From: an uncultured Melioribacteraceae bacterium
GTDB lineage: Bacteria; Bacteroidota; Ignavibacteria; Ignavibacteriales; SURF-24
Length of the DNA stretch: 64,000 nucleotides
Assembly: GCA_965365345.1 (NCBI GenBank)
Contig: CBDUBH010000003.1
Location: 3,913-67,912 of the forward strand
Direction: 5' to 3'
The stretch's first letter is position 1, and every line of letters starts with the position of its first letter. The notes under the pieces are model-generated. The model was not told the origin of the DNA. It made no database searches and worked only from the letters and a program-made list of their open reading frames with translations. A program made the translations under genes and the position numbers. Shown piece after piece: positions 38,146-46,935 of the stretch.

Positions 38146-39242
38146 TTTTCATTTTTTATTTCATTTTATTTTTTTCAGCTTTAACATTTTGCGTTGCGTT
38201 ATACAATTTATTTACCGCACCGGAGTTTACAAAACTTAAAAATGATGATCTTAATTTTTCGATAGATGTTTCAGTTTTAATTCCTGCTCGGAATGAAGAA
38301 AATAATATTTCAAATATTTTAAATTCAGTTTTAGCACAATCGCACAAACGTACTGAAATTATTGTGCTTGATGATAATTCCACCGATAATACTTTTAAAA
38401 TTGCAAGTGATTTTTCAAAACAATATTCTAATTTAAAAATTATTGAAGGCGAACCACTTCCTGAAAATTGGATCGGTAAAAATTGGGCTTGTTACCAACT
38501 ATACCAAAATTCCAAAAGCGAAATTTTAATTTTTGTTGATGCTGATGTTTGGCTTGACTCGCAAACTTTAAACTCGGCGATTTACTATTTTGAAAAATAC
38601 AGATTGAATTTATTAACATGTTTTCCAACGCAAAAAATAAATTCATTTGGTGAAAAGTTGATCGTTCCGCTTATGGATTGGCTTCTTATAAATTTTCTTC
38701 CTTTGAGAAAAGTTTATTCATCAAGAATTTCTTCATTTGTTGCGGCTAACGGACAATTTTTAATGATAGATAAAAAAACTTACGAGCAAATTGGGACGCA
38801 TAAAAATTTTGCAGGTAAAATTGTTGAAGACATGGAAATTGCCCGCGCCGTAAAATCAAGCGGAAATAAAATGATGACGTTCCTCGGGAATAATTTGATA
38901 ACCTGTAAAATGTATTCAATTTTTGCCGAAGCATTTAACGGATTTTCCAAAAATTTTTTTGCAGGATTTAATTTAAGTCCTTTTGTTTTCATAACTTTTT
39001 TAATCTTCATTGAAGTAATTTTTCTTCTGCCATTTTTATTTTTGATCTTTGATTCAGTATTTTTTATTCCCGTAATACTGATTTTATTGAGCAGAATCCT
39101 AAATTCAATTTTAAGTAAGCAAAATATTTTAATGAATATTTTTTTACATCCTGTTCAAATGCTATTTCTTTTTTTTATTGGGATCAATTCTATTAAAGTA
39201 AATTTGAAAAACGAGATCGTATGGAAGCAGCGCAAATATTAA
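38142..39242 (+). CDS. family 2 glycosyltransferase (CruC/CruG-like carotenoid glycosyltransferase candidate)
   Basis: VSVLIPARNEE, IIVLDDNSTDNT and FVDADV (DxD), with C-terminal TM helices. 4-nt ATGA overlap with the upstream acyltransferase. Confidence 0.65.
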   Translation: MIFIFYFILFFSALTFCVALYNLFTAPEFTKLKNDDLNFSIDVSVLIPARNEENNISNILNSVLAQSHKRTEIIVLDDNSTDNTFKIASDFSKQYSNLKIIEGEPLPENWIGKNWACYQLYQNSKSEILIFVDADVWLDSQTLNSAIYYFEKYRLNLLTCFPTQKINSFGEKLIVPLMDWLLINFLPLRKVYSSRISSFVAANGQFLMIDKKTYEQIGTHKNFAGKIVEDMEIARAVKSSGNKMMTFLGNNLITCKMYSIFAEAFNGFSKNFFAGFNLSPFVFITFLIFIEVIFLLPFLFLIFDSVFFIPVILILLSRILNSILSKQNILMNIFLHPVQMLFLFFIGINSIKVNLKNEIVWKQRKY

Positions 39243-39865
39243 AAGAAAAAAAAATTTTCGTATTTATCGTTTTGATTTTCTTTGTGGGGATTTTGGGTCA
39301 TTCTTTTAATCTTACTTTCGATCTTATGATATTTTTAACTCCGTTCACTCTTTTACTCATTGGAATTATTTTACTTTTTTATATTTATTTTTACGAAGAC
39401 AAACACATTTTGATCTGGTCATTTTTCGTTTTTATAATTACGGTTATTCTGGAAATCATTGGAGTTAAAACAGGAAGTATTTTCGGAAATTATTTTTATG
39501 GTGATACTCTCGGATTAAAATTTTTTGAAGTGCCATTAATTATTGGGTTTAATTGGATGTTTGTAATTCTGGGTGCAATAAATTTTACACAAAAAATTAT
39601 CAGAACAAAATTTATTGTTCCATTATTTGCCGCAAATCTTTGCGTTGCATTTGATCTTGCGTTAGAGCCTGTTGCAATTAAATTAAATTACTGGAATTGG
39701 CAAAACGGAAATATTCCGCTTCAAAATTATTTTGCATGGTTCTTAATTTCATTTTTAGCAGCGATCACATTTTCATTTTTTAATTTCAAAATAAAAAGTA
39801 ATTTGCTTGCTGTGTACTTTTTTGTTCAATTGATATTCTTCCTTTTTCTTAATATCATTTTGTAA
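39221..39865 (+). CDS. cruF: carotenoid biosynthesis membrane protein (DUF422/CruF-like carotenoid 1',2'-hydratase)
   Basis: Polytopic. GVKTGSIFGNYFYG..LG...EVPLIIGFNW and ALEPVAIKLNYWNW...IPLQNYFAWF resemble the CruF/Caroten_synth family. Confidence 0.65.
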   Translation: MEAAQILKEKKIFVFIVLIFFVGILGHSFNLTFDLMIFLTPFTLLLIGIILLFYIYFYEDKHILIWSFFVFIITVILEIIGVKTGSIFGNYFYGDTLGLKFFEVPLIIGFNWMFVILGAINFTQKIIRTKFIVPLFAANLCVAFDLALEPVAIKLNYWNWQNGNIPLQNYFAWFLISFLAAITFSFFNFKIKSNLLAVYFFVQLIFFLFLNIIL

Positions 39866-39881
39866 AATAGAAAGTGTAAAA

Positions 39882-40562
39882 ATGGGAATTCTAATTTCAT
39901 TAACAATAATTTTTATCTGGCTTTTTCACTTAATTTATATTTTAAATTTTATTGAAGTGAATTTCCTTTCCTTTTGGTTTTACTTTCATTTATTTTTGCA
40001 AACCTATTTTTACACCGGATTATTTATTACTGCGCATGATGCAATGCACGGTAGCATATCCAAAAATAAAATTATTAACAAATCGCTTGGTACCGCAGCA
40101 ACTTTTTTGTATGCCGGACTTTCATATAATCGACTGATCAAAAATCATTTTAAACATCATAAAGATCCCGGTGATAATTCTGATCCCGATTTTTCAACTC
40201 ATTCACAAAATTTTTTCGTATGGTGGGCAACTTTTATGTTTCGCTATGCAACTTTAATTCAAATAATAATAATGGCTTTAGCTTTTAACATTTTGAAAAT
40301 TTGGTTTAGTGAAATTTCAATCTGGATGTTTTGGGTTGTACCCGCAATTCTTTCATCAATTCAGCTATTTTATTTCGGAACTTACATTCCGCATAAATAT
40401 CCGCACCATCATAAAATGATGCCGCACAAAGCGCGCACGCAAAAACGGAATCATTTGTGGGCAATGCTTTCTTGTTATTTTTTCGGATATCATTTTGAGC
40501 ATCACGAATCACCAAAAACTCCATGGTGGCAGTTGTATAAAATTAAGGATGGAAAGATTTGA
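39882..40562 (+). CDS. crtW: beta-carotene 4-ketolase (CrtW-type)
   Basis: Three His boxes: HDAMHGS, HFKHHKDPG, HFEHHESP. 226 aa. The stop (GKI*) lies inside the first unit of an AAGATT array. Confidence 0.8.
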   Translation: MGILISLTIIFIWLFHLIYILNFIEVNFLSFWFYFHLFLQTYFYTGLFITAHDAMHGSISKNKIINKSLGTAATFLYAGLSYNRLIKNHFKHHKDPGDNSDPDFSTHSQNFFVWWATFMFRYATLIQIIIMALAFNILKIWFSEISIWMFWVVPAILSSIQLFYFGTYIPHKYPHHHKMMPHKARTQKRNHLWAMLSCYFFGYHFEHHESPKTPWWQLYKIKDGKI

Positions 40563-40775
40563 AAGATGAAAAAATTCAAAAATGAAAAGATTCAAAGATG
40601 AAAAAATTAGAAAAATTAATTTAATAATACTAAAGAACCTTCATCCCGGCCAGCCAGTAGGCAAGCTTGCCCGGAATCAGACGACAATTATAAATGGAAT
40701 TATTTTGTTTAATTCCCGACAAGCGAGAATGACAAATTAATTTTTAGACTTCTTAAATTCTTACTTTCTTAAATT
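40553..40775. repeat. composite repeat: AAGAT array (+), two GC-rich hairpin modules, array (-)
   Basis: Array ggaaagatttgaaagatgaaaaaattcaaaaatgaaaagattcaaagatgaaaaaattagaaaaatt. Modules ttcatcccggccagccagtaggcaagcttgcccggaatcagacgaca (40640-86) and attcccgacaagcgagaatgaca (40711-33). Reverse array ttcttaaattcttactttcttaaattt (40750-76). Confidence 0.8.
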
Positions 40776-40792
40776 TTTGCTTTCAAAATTTC

Positions 40793-41287
40793 TCATTTAA
40801 AAAAATATCTTGCGCCGAAAGAAACATCGAGATCTAAGCCAGTTGTTGGAAATAATCTAAAAACCGGAGCCGCTTCAAAAAATATATCAATCGGAAGTTC
40901 CGCATCTTCGCTCATCCATAAAATTCCGCCAATTGCTTTTATGCCGAATGCACTTGAGCCGACTTTACTCGTCAAAATATTAATTCCAAATCCGTAATAA
41001 ACGGGAAATTCAGTTTGAGATTTTATCAAATCATAATTATGATATAAATGCGAAATGCTGATATGAACGCTGCTGTTCTTTTTGAAAACAGACGCGCCAA
41101 CGGTAAAATCTAAAGCGTTGGAACTGCTGTACCAATATTTTCCATTAATTCCCGTGGGTTCACCAATCTTAAATCCAACTCCAAATCCGCTTTCCTGCGC
41201 AAACACCGGAATCGAAATTACGATAAAAAGAAATGTTGTAAAGATCAGATTTTTGAATTTCATTTTCGACCCGAAATTTTTCTGCAA
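40793..41287 (-). CDS. small outer-membrane beta-barrel protein
   Basis: Signal peptide, alternating-hydrophobic beta strands, aromatic-rich C-terminus ...FGARYFFK. Confidence 0.5.
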   Translation of the reverse strand: MQKNFGSKMKFKNLIFTTFLFIVISIPVFAQESGFGVGFKIGEPTGINGKYWYSSSNALDFTVGASVFKKNSSVHISISHLYHNYDLIKSQTEFPVYYGFGINILTSKVGSSAFGIKAIGGILWMSEDAELPIDIFFEAAPVFRLFPTTGLDLDVSFGARYFFK

Positions 41288-41419
41288 AATTTAATTATTC
41301 TTACCTTTCTTAAATTAATTCTGTTCCAAATTTTCTTTGTATATTAATTGATTTCTTTTTAAAATAAAAAATCTAATAATTTATTTGTAAGCTATAATAT
41401 TAAACATTTTGAGGATTAA

Positions 41420-42925
41420 ATGAAAGTTGAAGGAACAGCCGGGGAAGTTTATTCAAAAGTAGAAGAACTCTCATCAGATTTTGATTACAATAATAAAGAG
41501 ACCGCTATTATTTTAGCCGCCGGACACGGAAAAAGAATAAAATCTCAAACATCAAAAATGCTTCATAAGATTTGGGAAATGGCAACAGTTGAAAGAGTTT
41601 ATGATGCCTGCAAATTAGGAATTGAAAATCTTAACACGATTGTTGTTGTTGGAATTAAAGCCATTGATGTTATGGAAGTTGTTGGCAAAAAAGAAAATTC
41701 ACTTTTTGCTTATCAGGAAGTTCAAAACGGAACCGGACACGCAGTTCAAGTTGCGCTTGAAAAAGTTCATAAAGATTACGATGGAATAATTTACGTTTTG
41801 CCCGGCGATATGGGTTTGATAAATAAAGAAACAATGAAAATGTTCCGAAATGAATTTATTCAATCAAAATCCGATATGATGGTTTTAACGGGAATTTACG
41901 AAGGCGATCCGCTTTTAAACAGTTACGGAAGAATTGTCCGCGTTAAAGAAATGGATTCGCAAGGAAATCCTTCAGGAGATGATTTCGGGAAAGTTATTGA
42001 AATTATTGAGTACAAAGATATTTTAAAACTTGAAATTGATAAACCTTACATCTTAAATTTTAACGGACGCGAATATTCTTTTACCAGACAGGAATTGATC
42101 GAAAATAATGAATTCAATTCAGGAGTTTATGCTTTCGATTACAAAAAACTTATCACGCTTGTTGATAAATTAAGCAGCAACAACGCGCAAAAAGAAATTT
42201 ACATTACTGATTTAATTTCACTTTTCAATCAGCACGGTTACACCGTTAAAGCAGTTTCACCAAAAGAGCAATACGTTTTGATGGGCTTTAACAACAAATC
42301 GGTTTTGCTGGAAATGGAATCAATTGCGCGCAGCAAAGTTTACGATAAATTAAAAGATATTGTTGAAATTGTTGATCCCGATGATTTTTTCATTCATGAT
42401 TCAGTCGTGGAAGAAATTTTGCGAATGGATAATGAAGGAATTCCGCTTGATATAAAAATCGGGAAAGGCGTTTACATTGGCGCAGGCGTAAAATTGAATT
42501 ACAATATTACTTTTAGAAAAAATGCGCGTATTGAATCAAATATTCATTTCGGTAAAAATGTGACCGTTGGCGAAAATGTTTTAATTTCCTGCTGGAAAGA
42601 ACAAAATTTGTATATCGGTGAAAATGTGGAAATTCTTTTTAACGCTGTAATAAAAGGAAATGTAAAGATTGGCGATAACACCACGATCGAATCTAATGTT
42701 AAAATTACGGGAAGTGATGAATTTCCGACCGAGATCGGTAAAAATGTTTTGGTAAAAGGAACAACTTACATTTACGGAACAAAAATTTCAGATGATATTT
42801 TGATCGAGCACAGCGTTTTGATCAAAAAGAAAGTTGAAAAAATAGTTAAGAAAAACGGTACCGTTGTTCCGATAAGATTTTATCTTCCTTTGCCTGAAGG
42901 AATGGATGCAGTTGAAGATATTTAG
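41420..42925 (+). CDS. GlmU-like nucleotidyltransferase with C-terminal left-handed beta-helix domain
   Basis: ILAAGHGKRIKSQTSKMLHKI resembles the GlmU motif ILAAGKGTRM.S..PKVLH. GTGHAV and LPGDM motifs. Hexapeptide repeats in the C-terminal 170 aa. Longer than canonical GlmU, so the substrate is uncertain. Confidence 0.6.
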   Translation: MKVEGTAGEVYSKVEELSSDFDYNNKETAIILAAGHGKRIKSQTSKMLHKIWEMATVERVYDACKLGIENLNTIVVVGIKAIDVMEVVGKKENSLFAYQEVQNGTGHAVQVALEKVHKDYDGIIYVLPGDMGLINKETMKMFRNEFIQSKSDMMVLTGIYEGDPLLNSYGRIVRVKEMDSQGNPSGDDFGKVIEIIEYKDILKLEIDKPYILNFNGREYSFTRQELIENNEFNSGVYAFDYKKLITLVDKLSSNNAQKEIYITDLISLFNQHGYTVKAVSPKEQYVLMGFNNKSVLLEMESIARSKVYDKLKDIVEIVDPDDFFIHDSVVEEILRMDNEGIPLDIKIGKGVYIGAGVKLNYNITFRKNARIESNIHFGKNVTVGENVLISCWKEQNLYIGENVEILFNAVIKGNVKIGDNTTIESNVKITGSDEFPTEIGKNVLVKGTTYIYGTKISDDILIEHSVLIKKKVEKIVKKNGTVVPIRFYLPLPEGMDAVEDI

Positions 42926-43090
42926 AATTTTAGAAAATCAGAATTTTAGAATTGAAGAATAGAGGAATTTATAAGATTAGAAAGATGAAAAAATTAAGCC
43001 GTCATTCCGGTTTATCGGGAAGAAGATTGAAAATCAAAAATATAAACATAATTTGCTGTCATTCCGGCAAAGTCCGGAATCAGACAGCAA
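42924..43090. repeat. composite repeat: AGAATTTTAGAA/AAGATT array (+) followed by two GTCATTCCGG hairpin modules
   Basis: The array tagaattttagaaaatcagaattttagaattgaagaatagaggaatttataagattagaaagatgaaaaaatt starts at the stop codon of the GlmU-like gene. Modules are gccgtcattccggtttatcggga and ttgctgtcattccggcaaagtccggaatcagacagcaa (43053-43090). Confidence 0.8.
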
Positions 43091-43146
43091 CTTTAAAGTT
43101 AAAATCTTATCTATTTCAATAAAACATTTCAAATTTAAAATAAAAA

Positions 43147-43170
43147 AGCAATGTGGAATTTCACATTGCT
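43147..43170. terminator. terminator downstream of rpsT (usable in both directions)
   Basis: aaaaaagcaatgtg-gaattt-cacattgcttttt. Confidence 0.75.
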
Positions 43171-43198
43171 TTTTCAAATAAAAATTTTTCAGAAAAAA

Positions 43199-43474
43199 TT
43201 ATTCTTTTTCTGTTTCTGCAGCGCCTAAATTATTTACATATTTAGTTAAAGCAGATTTTTTTCTTGCGGCGGTATTTCTGTGCAAACGACCTTTATTCAC
43301 ATTTTTATCAATCGTGGCAACTGCTTCTCTGTATAATTTTTCCGCTTCAGTTTTTTCCTCTGAATTAAAAACTTTCTTGATCAAAGTTTTAATTTTTGAT
43401 TCAGCGTTTTTATTAATTTCTCTTTTCTTAGCGTTTGTTTTAATTCTTTTTTTAGCCGATTTATGATGAGCCAT
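43199..43474 (-). CDS. rpsT: 30S ribosomal protein S20
   Basis: MAHHKSAKKRIKTNAKKREINK...RLHRNTAARKKS. I prefer the second Met (43474) of the listed MEMAHHK ORF. Confidence 0.9.
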   Translation of the reverse strand: MAHHKSAKKRIKTNAKKREINKNAESKIKTLIKKVFNSEEKTEAEKLYREAVATIDKNVNKGRLHRNTAARKKSALTKYVNNLGAAETEKE

Positions 43475-43660
43475 TTCCAACCTTAATTTTATTTGAATAG
43501 TAAATATAAAGATTTATCAATATTATGTCAATAATTGAATTAATTTTGAAATTTTTGCCAAATAAAATTTCTGCTACAAATGTTTCCAAATTTGATCACA
43601 AAATTTGATTTTAATTTAAGTCATCAAAATATCAGAAAAATTTTCAAAATAATTTATCAA

Positions 43661-43706
43661 TTTTTGAATCTTTAAATCTTTATATCTTTGAATTTTTTAA
43701 TCTTTC
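43661..43706 (-). repeat. AAGAT array (minus orientation) starting inside the last codons of the TraB/Tiki-like gene
   Basis: The minus strand reads ggaaagatTAAaaaattcaaagatataaagatttaaagattcaaaaa. Confidence 0.7.
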
Positions 43707-44542
43707 CCCAATTTACATTTTAGCGCTTCAATTTGCATCGGCACATGATTTCTTCCGACAACCGCAAAAACTTTTTCGCCGTTCAAAACCGCTTCGCTTA
43801 AAACATCAACCATGTTTTTATCTCTAAAATAACTTGAAGCGCGATTTACGTCATGTGTAAATTTTCCGCCGGTAATTTCGCCATCTCCCAAAGGATCGAA
43901 CCACTCAATCGGCGCTTCCCAAAAATTTTCCGGCGAGTTCCAATATTTTTTGTAACTTTGCTGTAATTCAGAAGTTGAATTTATCACTCCGCTGAAATTT
44001 TCAAAATTGTTTATCACTTTTATCAGATTTTCCGCTGCGGCTTTTAATTTTTCTTCCGGAAGATTTTGCCTTTCACGGATTTGCGCAACTTCACGCAAAA
44101 TATAAAAAAGCAAAACCTGATCTTTCGGGAAAGATTGCATTACAAATCCGGCTTCATCTTGCGGGTCTGGTTCAAGTCGCGCAATTTTCAAATTATTCTT
44201 ATGTGCTAAAAATCTTATGAAACCGGATTCGCCCATTGTTGAAATTGCTTCACTTTCCGAATTTGCAATTCCTCTATCGGGACCTTCATAAAAAATTATT
44301 GTAGGTTTAAATTCTTCAAATGATTTTTTTATCTTACCAAACTGCGGATGCAATATATCACGCGAATGTTCCGCACCGAAATAAAATAATTCACCGCCGT
44401 TTTCTGATTTTATTCTGAAATTCCATTCCTGATTTTCGGCTTCTTTCCAATTTTCGTATCGTATAATTTTATCATCGCAGTTATTTTGCGCAAATGAATA
44501 AGTTGAAATGATAATAAAAAATAGAAACGTAAATTTTTTCAT
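43697..44542 (-). CDS. secreted TraB/GumN/Tiki-superfamily-like protein (tentative)
   Basis: Signal peptide. FYFGAEHS near the N-terminus, FRDKNMVDVL, and VVGRNHVP near the C-terminus resemble the GxxH / RD..M / G..H motifs of TraB/GumN/ChaN/Tiki proteins. Confidence 0.4.
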   Translation of the reverse strand: MKKFTFLFFIIISTYSFAQNNCDDKIIRYENWKEAENQEWNFRIKSENGGELFYFGAEHSRDILHPQFGKIKKSFEEFKPTIIFYEGPDRGIANSESEAISTMGESGFIRFLAHKNNLKIARLEPDPQDEAGFVMQSFPKDQVLLFYILREVAQIRERQNLPEEKLKAAAENLIKVINNFENFSGVINSTSELQQSYKKYWNSPENFWEAPIEWFDPLGDGEITGGKFTHDVNRASSYFRDKNMVDVLSEAVLNGEKVFAVVGRNHVPMQIEALKCKLGKD

Positions 44543-44587
44543 AAGCGAAACTTTTTTTTATTCGAAGAATATTTAACTGATTTTATT

Positions 44588-45169
44588 TTACTTTCGCGCC
44601 AATTTCAAAATTCCGTTTACCATTTTTTCTGCGGTTTTTTTGTAATTTTCATTATAATATTTCATCAATTCTTCTTTTGAAGTTTTTGCGCCTTTTTTCT
44701 GCTTTTCCCACAAAACCGATAAAGTTGAAAAAGGCGGTAAAATTATTCCGATCGCATTGAAAAAATTGCTGATGTTTGAAATTACATTTTGCGCTCCGTC
44801 AGAATCTCCTGTAATTACAATTCCGCCAACTTTTCCATCTAATTTCGAGTCTTTACCCTGCATAATTTCATCATGAATTTCATCAAGCCGCTCAATCACT
44901 TTTTGAATTTCAGATGATTGATTATTCCACCAAATCGGCGTTGCAAAAATTACGATTTCAGATTGAAGAATTTGCCCGTAAATTATTTGCCATTCATCAC
45001 CCGCGCCCATATTTGTGTAAGTGCCGGGAAGAATATTGTAATTTACAAGTTTAACAATTGAGCAATCAACATTTTCCTTCTTGAAAAAATCCGCAAGAAA
45101 TTCCGAAAGGATTTCCGTATTGGAAAGTTCTTCTTTTTTAAGTGTGCCGAGCAAGATTATTGCTTTCAT
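44588..45169 (-). CDS. flavodoxin-like fold NAD(P)H-dependent FMN reductase family protein
   Basis: MKAIILLGTLKK...IVIFATPIWWNNQSS...GGIVITGDSDG is the typical NADPH-dependent FMN reductase layout. Confidence 0.6.
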   Translation of the reverse strand: MKAIILLGTLKKEELSNTEILSEFLADFFKKENVDCSIVKLVNYNILPGTYTNMGAGDEWQIIYGQILQSEIVIFATPIWWNNQSSEIQKVIERLDEIHDEIMQGKDSKLDGKVGGIVITGDSDGAQNVISNISNFFNAIGIILPPFSTLSVLWEKQKKGAKTSKEELMKYYNENYKKTAEKMVNGILKLARK

Positions 45170-45273
45170 TTTAATCTTTCGATTTTAATTTGATAAAATC
45201 AAAATAGATTTTAAAGGCAAAACTTCAAGTGAGAAATATCGTTTGTCAAATTTCTTCTGCGAAAATTCCAAAA

Positions 45274-46017
45274 TCAATTTTGTTTATTTTTTTTCACTTT
45301 TTCTAAAATTTGCGGAATTATTTCTCCTGTTTTCCCTATCAGACTTTCATTTGCATAATATGAAAGTTCAGTTTGCTCAATATTTACTTCAACTAAATAT
45401 GCGCCGCAGCGTTTTGCGAACATCGGGATTTGCGCTGCGGGATAAACAACCGCCGAAGTTCCGGCGACAAAAATTATATCGCAATTTTGCGCGGCGGTTT
45501 CGGCTGCCGAAAAAACATCTTCGGGAAGCATTTCGCCAAACCAAACCACATCCGGGCGAATCAATCCGCCGCAATCACATTTCGGAGCTTTATCTGTAAA
45601 ATTAAGATCGGGCGAACTGAAATCTTTTTTACAACCGATGCAATAATTTCTTTCAATATTTCCGTGAAGTTCGTAAACTTTTTTGCTTCCGGCTCTGCGG
45701 TGAAGATTATCAACATTTTGCGTTACCACCGAAACATCATCAAAGTAATTTTGAAATTCTGAAATTGCCACATGTCCGGCGTTCGGTTTTGATTCGTGAA
45801 TTATTTTTCTTCTGTATTGATACCATTCCCAAACCATATCGGGATTCCGCAAAAACGCATCAAAATTTGCTAATTCTTCCGGTTTTAATTTATTCCAAAT
45901 TCCGCCCGCGCCGCGAAAAGTTGAAATTCCGCTTTCTGCCGAAATTCCCGCGCCGGTAAAAAATACAATTGAGTTTGCTTTTTGTAATCTGTCTAAAAGT
46001 TCTTTTGAAAAATTCAT
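45274..46017 (-). CDS. cobB: NAD-dependent protein deacylase (Sir2/CobB)
   Basis: FTGAGISAESGISTFRG, QNVDNLH, catalytic ELHGN, Zn ribbon CIGCKK...CDCGG, VAGTSAVVYPAA. Confidence 0.9.
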   Translation of the reverse strand: MNFSKELLDRLQKANSIVFFTGAGISAESGISTFRGAGGIWNKLKPEELANFDAFLRNPDMVWEWYQYRRKIIHESKPNAGHVAISEFQNYFDDVSVVTQNVDNLHRRAGSKKVYELHGNIERNYCIGCKKDFSSPDLNFTDKAPKCDCGGLIRPDVVWFGEMLPEDVFSAAETAAQNCDIIFVAGTSAVVYPAAQIPMFAKRCGAYLVEVNIEQTELSYYANESLIGKTGEIIPQILEKVKKNKQN

Positions 46018-46204
46018 GATCTCAATTAAAAATTATAAATGAAAAATTAAAAAGTTTTTTAAAATTTATTCTATTGTAACAAAAATATTTGTTCTAAATT
46101 AAGAATGATTTATAAAAAGGAATGACAAATTAAAATTTATCAACTTTCTTAAAAATTCAAACAAAATAATTTATAAAAATTTCATTTAGAATTAAGTGCA
46201 AAAA

Positions 46205-46537
46205 TTATTTTTGAATTTCTTCTTCGATCAAATTTAGATTTTTATTTTCAAAATTTTCCAAAAGTGCTTCAAAGATCAAACTTAATTTTTTATTTGTGTA
46301 ATGCTGAATTATGATGTAAAAAGATTGAAGTGCGACTGCGATAAGCATAATGAAAAATGCTGCGGGAACAAACCACAAATTTTCATTGGCAGGTTTTAAA
46401 GGATTTAAAAGAAGTTTTACCAAATACGAAATTGAAAAAATTAATGCAATCCACGCGCCCGAGTAACTCGTTTTTGATTTTGTTGAATTTAACTTTTCGA
46501 TTTCCTGGATGATTTTAATTCTTGTACCGGGATTCAT
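46205..46537 (-). CDS. hypothetical membrane protein (2 TM helices)
   Basis: 110 aa with two clear hydrophobic helices. No family recognised. Confidence 0.4.
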   Translation of the reverse strand: MNPGTRIKIIQEIEKLNSTKSKTSYSGAWIALIFSISYLVKLLLNPLKPANENLWFVPAAFFIMLIAVALQSFYIIIQHYTNKKLSLIFEALLENFENKNLNLIEEEIQK

Positions 46538-46579
46538 AAAATTTCTCCGAATTTAATTTTTATTATTAAATCTGAAAAA

Positions 46580-46935
46580 TGTTATTCCTGCTTGCCCGCC
46601 TTGGCCAAGCAATTCGGACAGGTCGGGAATCAGACATTTATTAAAGAATGAAAACAGAGATCGCCGCGCTTCGCTCGCGATGACAAAATCCCATTTTTCA
46701 TTTTGAAGCAGTTTTTTACTTAGAAATCTTTTTTCTAAGATTTCTCACTTCGCCCGCCTTAACCGAAGTCAATTCGGACAGATTCAAAATGACAAATTTG
46801 AAATTGTTTCTTTGAAGCAATCTCATGATAACAAATTAGAAAGCCGTCAGATTCTTGACAAGCAAGAATGACGGCTTAATTCTAAGTTATTCTTTTCAAT
46901 ATTTCAAATATTTAAATCTTTGAATCTTTAAATCT
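46580..46935. repeat. nest of at least five hairpin repeat modules ending in an AAGAT array (minus orientation)
   Basis: The sub-repeat gcccgccttggccaagcaattcggacag (46594-46621) recurs as gcccgccttaaccgaagtcaattcggacag (46752-81). Other modules: cagagatcgccgcgcttcgctcgcgatgac (46655-84), agaaatctt-ttttct-aagatttct (46722-45) and gccgtcagattcttgacaagcaagaatgacggc (46843-75). The minus-strand array aagaagatTTAAagattcaaagatttaaatatttgaaat starts in the TPR gene stop. Confidence 0.85.

Noticed and set aside
42924-43706. rpsT as a third gene cassette bracketed by inverted arrays (42924-42995 + and 43661-43706 -)
   Set aside because: The two arrays each belong more naturally to the 3' ends of the flanking GlmU-like and TraB-like genes. 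rpsT is a core gene with its own terminator, so the bracketing is probably coincidental.
45243-45959. Cluster of + strand ORFs (45243..45599, 45430..45762, 45765..45959) and the minus-strand ORF 45389..45574
   Set aside because: All overlap the well-supported cobB/Sir2 gene in other frames. Their Arg-rich, low-complexity translations are typical shadow ORFs in a locally GC-richer gene.
45274-46017. Sir2 domain protein as part of an anti-phage system (Thoeris/DSR/SIR2-HerA type)
   Set aside because: It is a 247-aa canonical CobB-type sirtuin with an intact Zn ribbon and catalytic His. It has no fused or adjacent TIR, HerA, pAgo or large effector partners. Its neighbours are a flavodoxin-like reductase and a secreted protein.
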